A stretch of DNA of 56,342 nt, the filler included, from Sphacelaria rigidula (taxonomy: Eukaryota): assembly GCA_964200075.2 (NCBI GenBank). It is 4 parts of 4 records of this genome, joined end to end, with 100 filler letters (N's around TTAATTAATTAA, not from the genome) between each part and the next. Parts side by side here need not be neighbours in the genome. Positions count along the whole stretch, not along the records: positions 42,336 to 56,342 come from CAXNAA020002515.1; 3 more parts are not named here. One strand, 5' to 3'. The notes below the pieces were generated by a model. It saw nothing but the letters and a program-made list of their open reading frames with translations. It was not told where the DNA came from and searched no databases. The translations under genes were made by a program, and so were the position numbers. Each line of letters opens with the position of its first letter. The first letter of the stretch is position 1. Below are positions 50,621-56,342 of this stretch, piece by piece.

Positions 50621-51960
50621 GGACGTACCCGAACGTTAAATAAACGAAACTTGCAGTAGAAAACCAGTCAATGACAAAATGTCTCTCTGATGCACAATTG
50701 CGGTCTCGAGGCTACTGCAACCATGGCTTTGCAATCTGTTACTTTTCCCCCTCTAAATGGGAAACAGAGAGGGAGTCAGAATCAATTGCCCAACCCAGTA
50801 CTTCCACTCGTTTATACATTCCAGGCCGACGTTTTTTTGCAACAAACAACGGTGGGTCATTCGGCCCACGCTCACCCAGCAAACGAATATCACCAGAAGT
50901 TAATTAACCCTTGGGAACCTTCCCCTTCCGTCCCCGGGTCAGACGCCTCAATATTTCAAGCACTGATTACGAAGAAAAGGTGGGAACAGAAAAGACCGAT
51001 GGCAACCATTTTCAAGGTGGAAGGCCACAGAAGAATCCACCAGCATACGTCAGGCGCGCACTAGAGGTGTCACCCCCGTGCAGTCACATGAGGCTGTCCA
51101 GTGAGGGACGCAACGGGTCAAGTTTCTTGAACTTTGTGTGCACAGCAAAAATCAGCGCTTGGATACCTGAAGTCTTTACAAACAAATCAGCACCGCCTGT
51201 CTATGTTCTATACACGGAGTCAAGTGCGGCACCGGGGCACATTTTTATTCAGGCCTGAAAAATACGCTCGGGATATAGTTTGCGTGAAAGCTGTAAGTAC
51301 TCCACATGTCGGTGAAAAAAAAAAGCACCCTGACATCCACAATTTTCCACTGCCAGCACCGCTTCGTCGCAAACATGAGTTGCCTTCTGGGAAAAAACAA
51401 ACAAACGAACTTCCACCGGTTTACTGTCATCAACATAGATGCACATGAAAGAGGGAGTGCCAACCCTGCCACCACCTCGGAAGCGCCCTACCATCCACGG
51501 GCAGAGTGCCAACGCGACCCTGTAGGCGGCGTGCTATCTTGACAGACTGACCTGCACGGCGGCCGATGTCTCTCACCATATGCGAAAAAAAAGTGATGTT
51601 GGTGAACGAACATTTCAAGGCCGTGAAGTCCGGGACCGCTGCCGGTTGATTTGATTTGATTCGATTGCCGCACTTTGATCAACCCTCCAAGGATCCAGCG
51701 GCGGTCATATGATGGACATACCCGAGACAAAACAAAGTTGAAACAGTCGCTGAAGAAAGACAAGAAGGTAGGAATAGAAAAGGTGGAACAGAACAACAGA
51801 GTAGACTAAGATGACTGCGCCACCCGAATTGCAAACACAGGCAACTACAGCCATTTCACCCAACGCACAGGCGAGATACGTGGCGCGTAGCGAGTTCACA
51901 ACACCTGGCAAAGACGCCTCTTTGACATCAAGATTACTGATCACAATGCGTGCTGAGGGG

Positions 51961-52110
51961 GGGCGTACTCATTTGTTGCTTGCCTTAGTCATTTGAACAT
52001 TGACCACGCATCCCTTTCGAGACGGAGCACCNNNNNNNNNNCGGAGCACCGTTCCTACTCCTAATAGAGACACCTCCAACATTCTGGCGCTCATTACTTT
52101 CCTTCCGTAC
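51961..52110 (-). mobile_element. LINE family A 3' end (NERQNVGGVSIRSRNGAPSRKGCVVNxQMTKASNK-stop) with 14-bp TSD
   Basis: tgcgtgctgagggg at 51947-51960 and 52111-52124. Confidence 0.85.
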
Positions 52111-53015
52111 TGCGTGCTGAGGGGCCAAATTTTTACCGCAAGGACACAGTATGTATGAAGACAAACAAGAATCAGACAAAAACAATTCGCGATACTGTTA
52201 CCAACTGCTAGTCGCACCACATCCGTCTCCCGGATCTCGTAAGCCTCGACTTCAATCCACACGCCGTTATTGCCCTGGTACCTTATTGCTTCTCTCACAC
52301 TGAACTGCCTCACCTGACTCATCACACAGGTAATCATGCAGGTCAACGTGTTCTGAAGTGGCTTGTAGATACTGTAACCACTATAAAAAATTGGGGAAGT
52401 TCTTCCCGCTCCTGCACAAAGGATTGTTTTATCCCGAACACAGAATCGCGCCTTTTCGGGTCCAGTGATACATGTTGACCGGTCGGCTGCATAGGGGACC
52501 CGAGAACTGAAGAGACAAATGAGTAGCATTTAGCAAAAAAACGCCGAAGAACGCAGAAAAAAAACGCGGAAAAAGAATAGGACAGGGTCAAGGGCCTGTA
52601 CAATGAAATCGATCCCAACGTATGGGACAGAGGAAGTACATGTTGACGACACGGTAGTTCGACACTAGGGATGGCAAACCGGGGGCGACCGTGGAGACTA
52701 GAGCGACAGCTTCTCTCTCGACAGTGGCGACGACGGTATCCCGTGGGAAAAGTTCAGCAAGTGCTCGTTTTTAGGCATTCTGAATGGAATAGGAGGCAAT
52801 CTCTCTATTTCCACAGCTGCTTTGGCCTTCATGCATTCATCAGCGGGTCCTCGTATCTCAACGATGAAGCCCACCCTGGCCTGCACGTGGAACACAAGGG
52901 AGAGTGCTGTAGCGTGGTGGCAAAGGAAGTAACAGCCATCGCAGGCATAGAAAGCACTATAAAAATCGTACACCGCCGTAATCTTCATCAGTTGCGATAT
53001 TTTCCTGGCGAAAGA

Positions 53016-53370
53016 GACGCTTTCTGCGATACCCCCCCCCCCCCCCCAAAAAAAAGGGGCCGGGTTGGGGGGGCCCAGGCCACCCGGTTACCGGCAAAAA
53101 TAAAGGGGGNNNNNNNNNNGCTTTTGGAGAAACCCCCCCCCCCCGAAACAAACGTGGCTGGTTCGGGGAGGCAAGGTCTACAGGTAGACCGAAAAAAAAA
53201 AAACAGAGCAAAGCGAACAGCTGGGAATTTGCACGCTTGGGTTCGTTTTCGCCAATGTCGCCCATATGAGGTGCTTCATGCAGCCTGAAATCAAACATCG
53301 GGCGCTGTATGGCCATTTTCGTCGTGACAATTTTCGGCTGGCTTTTGGGGGGGCTATCGCAGAAAGTGCC
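53016..53370 (-). mobile_element. GACAC-TIR MITE copy, 4-bp TSD AAGA (contains N gap)
   Basis: TIRs gacgctttctgcgatacccc / gggggctatcgcagaaagtgcc; aaga at 53012-53015 and 53371-53374. Confidence 0.88.
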
Positions 53371-54212
53371 AAGACCGCTCATCTGTGTCAAACGCCTCAC
53401 GAGCGAAGTCGAATCTGTCGTCGTTGCGGTGTTCGAAACACGTGCGTGGTGCACTCGCTGTCCGTTCGCCGACCATGGTGCGTCAGTACGCTACCCTCAT
53501 CACCACCAAACCGACGTCACGGGTGTGTATACACACCCTCTTCTCTCTTCGTGCCTGGGAACGCCCCCCCGTTACATCCTTACATACGACGGCAGGCAAC
53601 AACAGTTCACGAGTAAAGAAAATGAAACCATGTAATACACGGTGGACTTTTTTCTTTGCCTCCTGCTGTTCGCATAATATCATCAACAAATGAAAAATTC
53701 CCAAAATATCCCAAAACATCCTGCTGCACGCGTTGATAAATCATCACGTTGCGATTCATGTGCAGACATCACCGTAGCCTGCCAAATACGCAAACCCCGA
53801 ACAAAACTCTCAGTTTTCTCCGCACTTTCTGTTCACCTTACCTTGCAGAGTACTTCTCGGCCCTCGCTCCTCCTCTTGTTGCGGACCGCATCGCGTACAT
53901 GACGTTCACCATCGTGAAAATCATGAACCCACCACCCAGGAAAAAATGATCGCCATTCTTACGCACGACATCGAATCCCCTTTCCTCAATTTCGCCACCA
54001 ATGGAACCCCACGAGCGCCAGCCTCACGATACATGTTTACGATTTTGTTCACGTCATCCTGATTCAAAACTCCCGTGTCCGCCACTCCAGCAGCCAATCC
54101 CATAAAATCTTCTTCGGCGATGTCGACTGCAGTGGGTTGTTGCGTCGATGTATTGCAAGCAGCGACGCCGTGCTCACAAGACCACAGTGCGCTGCCCCCT
54201 CCTTGCTCGTTT

Positions 54213-54280
54213 GGTGCTCCGTCTCGAAAGGGATGCGTGGTCAATGGTCAAATGACTAAGGCAAGCAACAAATGAGTACG
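54213..54280 (+). mobile_element. LINE family A 3' end
   Basis: ggtgctccgtctcgaaagggatgcgtggtcaatggtcaaatgactaaggcaagcaacaaatgagtacg. Confidence 0.8.
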
Positions 54281-54796
54281 TGATCTTCTGCATTTTGATC
54301 ATGAAAAGCTGCTGTCAAAATTTCAGCGTCCAACTCCTGATATCGCGCCGTGCGTCGCCTGAGCGAGCGAGATTCACACGTACTCTTGGCTGGCCCAGCT
54401 CGTAATATCAGCAAGGATTGGTGCTGGAACGGATGCACGTGTACGTCTAATGTCTACGCGAACAACCTTGACATTGTCCGATACTTCCAAGAGCCGAGGA
54501 CAAACCAAGAACATCGTGCTCAACTTTTCATGACTGCTGCGGCTTGAAAAAATGATCTGTTCAGTTTCAGGGGAGCTGGTCACGCTTATGAGTAGTTGTG
54601 CTGTAGGTCTTTTGTCATGGTTACTCGTCATGCGCCGTCTGTAGTCGTATTTTGTCTTTTGTTTCCCCTGCAAGTAAACGTGATATACTAATAGCCCCTG
54701 ATTCATTCCAAGAATTCTGACGACATAGATTGATATCACAGGGCGAACACAAATAAAAAACGCGAAACTTTCACATCCTTCTTCCGGGGCGGGGGA

Positions 54797-54861
54797 GTGC
54801 TCGCTTGTTGCTTGCCTTAGTCGTTTGACCGTTGACCACGCATCCCTTTCGAGATGGAGCA
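54797..54861 (-). mobile_element. LINE family A 3' end next to a G-run
   Basis: Reverse complement of the same ~65-bp terminus, preceded by ggggcggggg. Confidence 0.78.
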
Positions 54862-54862
54862 T

Positions 54863-55055
54863 CTGAGGGGGGGTATACCCCTCCCTCACGAGACTGCAAC
54901 TTAACCCTGGTTCGTTTCACAACTCCTCTACCTAAACCTTCTCCTGTAAATGGGCGCGCGCGGGGGGGTATAGGTCGGTATTTACAATTTTCTCTTGCCA
55001 TAGTGGTGTATTTTTCTGTCTATATCATTAACCCTTAGATAGCGACCCCCCCTCA
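54863..55055. mobile_element. Possible small MITE
   Basis: Perfect 12-bp inverted ends ctgagggggggt / accccccctcag; no clear TSD. Confidence 0.4.
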
Positions 55056-55821
55056 GCTGGACTGAGATGGGCTTTGCCACATTCGGGATTCAGAACAGCT
55101 CTTTTCTCGCTACACAAAACGCCTTTTTCATGAACAGTGCATGTTGGGCATCTATATAGCAAATAGTCCCGCAAAAACCCTGACCGGTTTTGACCCTGTC
55201 GTCAATTTCGTGCAGAGTCAGTGTGTGCGCGCTATATGTCTCCGCTGGATACAGCGGCAAAAAGCAGTCAGCGTGCCATCGCACCCCACTGAACACAGTC
55301 TGCCGCATGCTGTTGAAGTATGTGCTTAGTATTCCACGACGATACTACAGGCAGTTTGAAAATATGCTGGCGACACATGAGGGCTCAGGGAGGCGGCATA
55401 GACTACGAGCAGAGCACAGGACATATTGTTTGTGCCCACGTAATCTATGGTTCACCCTTAGACGGCGAGGAGAGTAGGTAATCCGTTGAATGGCATAATA
55501 TTTCACTTGAAGAAAATATGCATGCACTAGATGGACTACCTCTCGCGGTCTAAGGGCTAAGCTGTCGTGATCAAAATGAGAAATACAAATAGACAGCGAT
55601 GTAGTCCACCTGTAGCCCACCTGCACGGGAACGAAGTGGCCATTTTGATAGCGGTGATTGGTCAGAATGATCACTCCGCTCCTCTAGGGCCTCTTTCCTG
55701 GGTTAGAATTTTCTGTGAGAAACTTCCAAACACACATGGTTTGACGTGGTGAGCTTTTCTGCTGTTCTGCGCGAAGGCCCCCACCCCCCTGTCAAAAACC
55801 ACCTTCCCTCCCCCCCCCTCC

Positions 55822-55908
55822 CGAGGTCACTATGGCATGCATGATCATGAGTACACCCCTCCCGAGGTCAATGGTCTGACGACCATGGCATGCATGATCA
55901 TGAGTACA
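55822..55908 (+). mobile_element. Two tandem LINE family B 3' ends in a C-run
   Basis: cgaggtca...atggcatgcatgatcatgagtacacccc twice. Confidence 0.75.
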
Positions 55909-56198
55909 CCCCCCCCCGCCCCCTGGAAACGCCCGGATGTCCCCGGACTATCAGCCTGTGAAACTGTTCCGAGGCGACGCTCGTTGTCTAAGGGTCGTAA
56001 AAGAGTCAATTTTCGTTTCACACAAAATTGAGAAGGGAAGCGTTCGATGCCATGTTGTACATACTGTATGCAGATAGATGTCAGCTTCTCCCACAAAGTT
56101 TACCACGAATGACTTCATCATCTACCTCCCCCACGCGAGTGTGATTTGAACCTCGGTTCAATCCACTACTCTTGTACATACCCAATCCTTGCGCTTTT

Positions 56199-56342
56199 GA
56201 TACTTTCTACGATAGCCCCCCCCCCAAAAGTGCATGGTTGTGGGAGGCAAAATCTTCACGGAAATCGAAATGTGAAAAGCCGAGCACAACGAGCAGCTGG
56301 TAATTCCCACATTTGGGTTCGCTCTAGCCAATGTCGCCAATA
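56199..56342 (-). mobile_element. Partial GACAC-TIR MITE copy (cut by window edge), inverted relative to 1-145
   Basis: gatactttctacgatagcccccc...ctagccaatgtcgccaata is the reverse complement of the window start. Confidence 0.88.

Larger units (their letters stand above)
52700..54550 (-). pseudogene. Decayed coding relic, possibly a transposase with SWIM-like C-terminus, interrupted by a MITE and a LINE end
   Basis: Protein-like stretches (VADTGVLNQDDVNKIVNMYREAG; FYACDGCYFLCHHATAL) with stops. Confidence 0.3.

Overview
Repeat-dense eukaryotic DNA, most likely from a brown alga (Phaeophyceae). That assignment is inferred from the GT-AG intron style, gene families and transposon types. There are three artificial scaffold joins (N50-TTAATTAATTAA-N50) and two small N gaps. 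Two host genes are supportable: an 8-exon part of a + strand EF-hand/coiled-coil repeat protein (14952-23678, exact 132-aa periodicity) and the long last exon of a - strand ankyrin-repeat gene (39079-40523). The rest is largely nested, decayed mobile DNA: an RTE-type LINE, an 8-kb Ty3/Gypsy element whose RT is split by a 444-bp foldback MITE, a Copia gag relic, a deleted Gypsy-like element between ~270-bp direct repeats, a DIRS-type tyrosine-recombinase retroelement relic, possible MULE relics, tRNA-derived SINEs, several MITE families and satellites. The most striking signal is two related tail-less LINE families ending in ...GAGTAC(A/G). They insert repeatedly at poly-C/poly-G runs, with 14-21 bp target-site duplications. 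A 249-bp MITE family with 4-bp TSDs has inverted copies exactly at both window ends. No prokaryotic system, CRISPR array or intact autonomous element was found.
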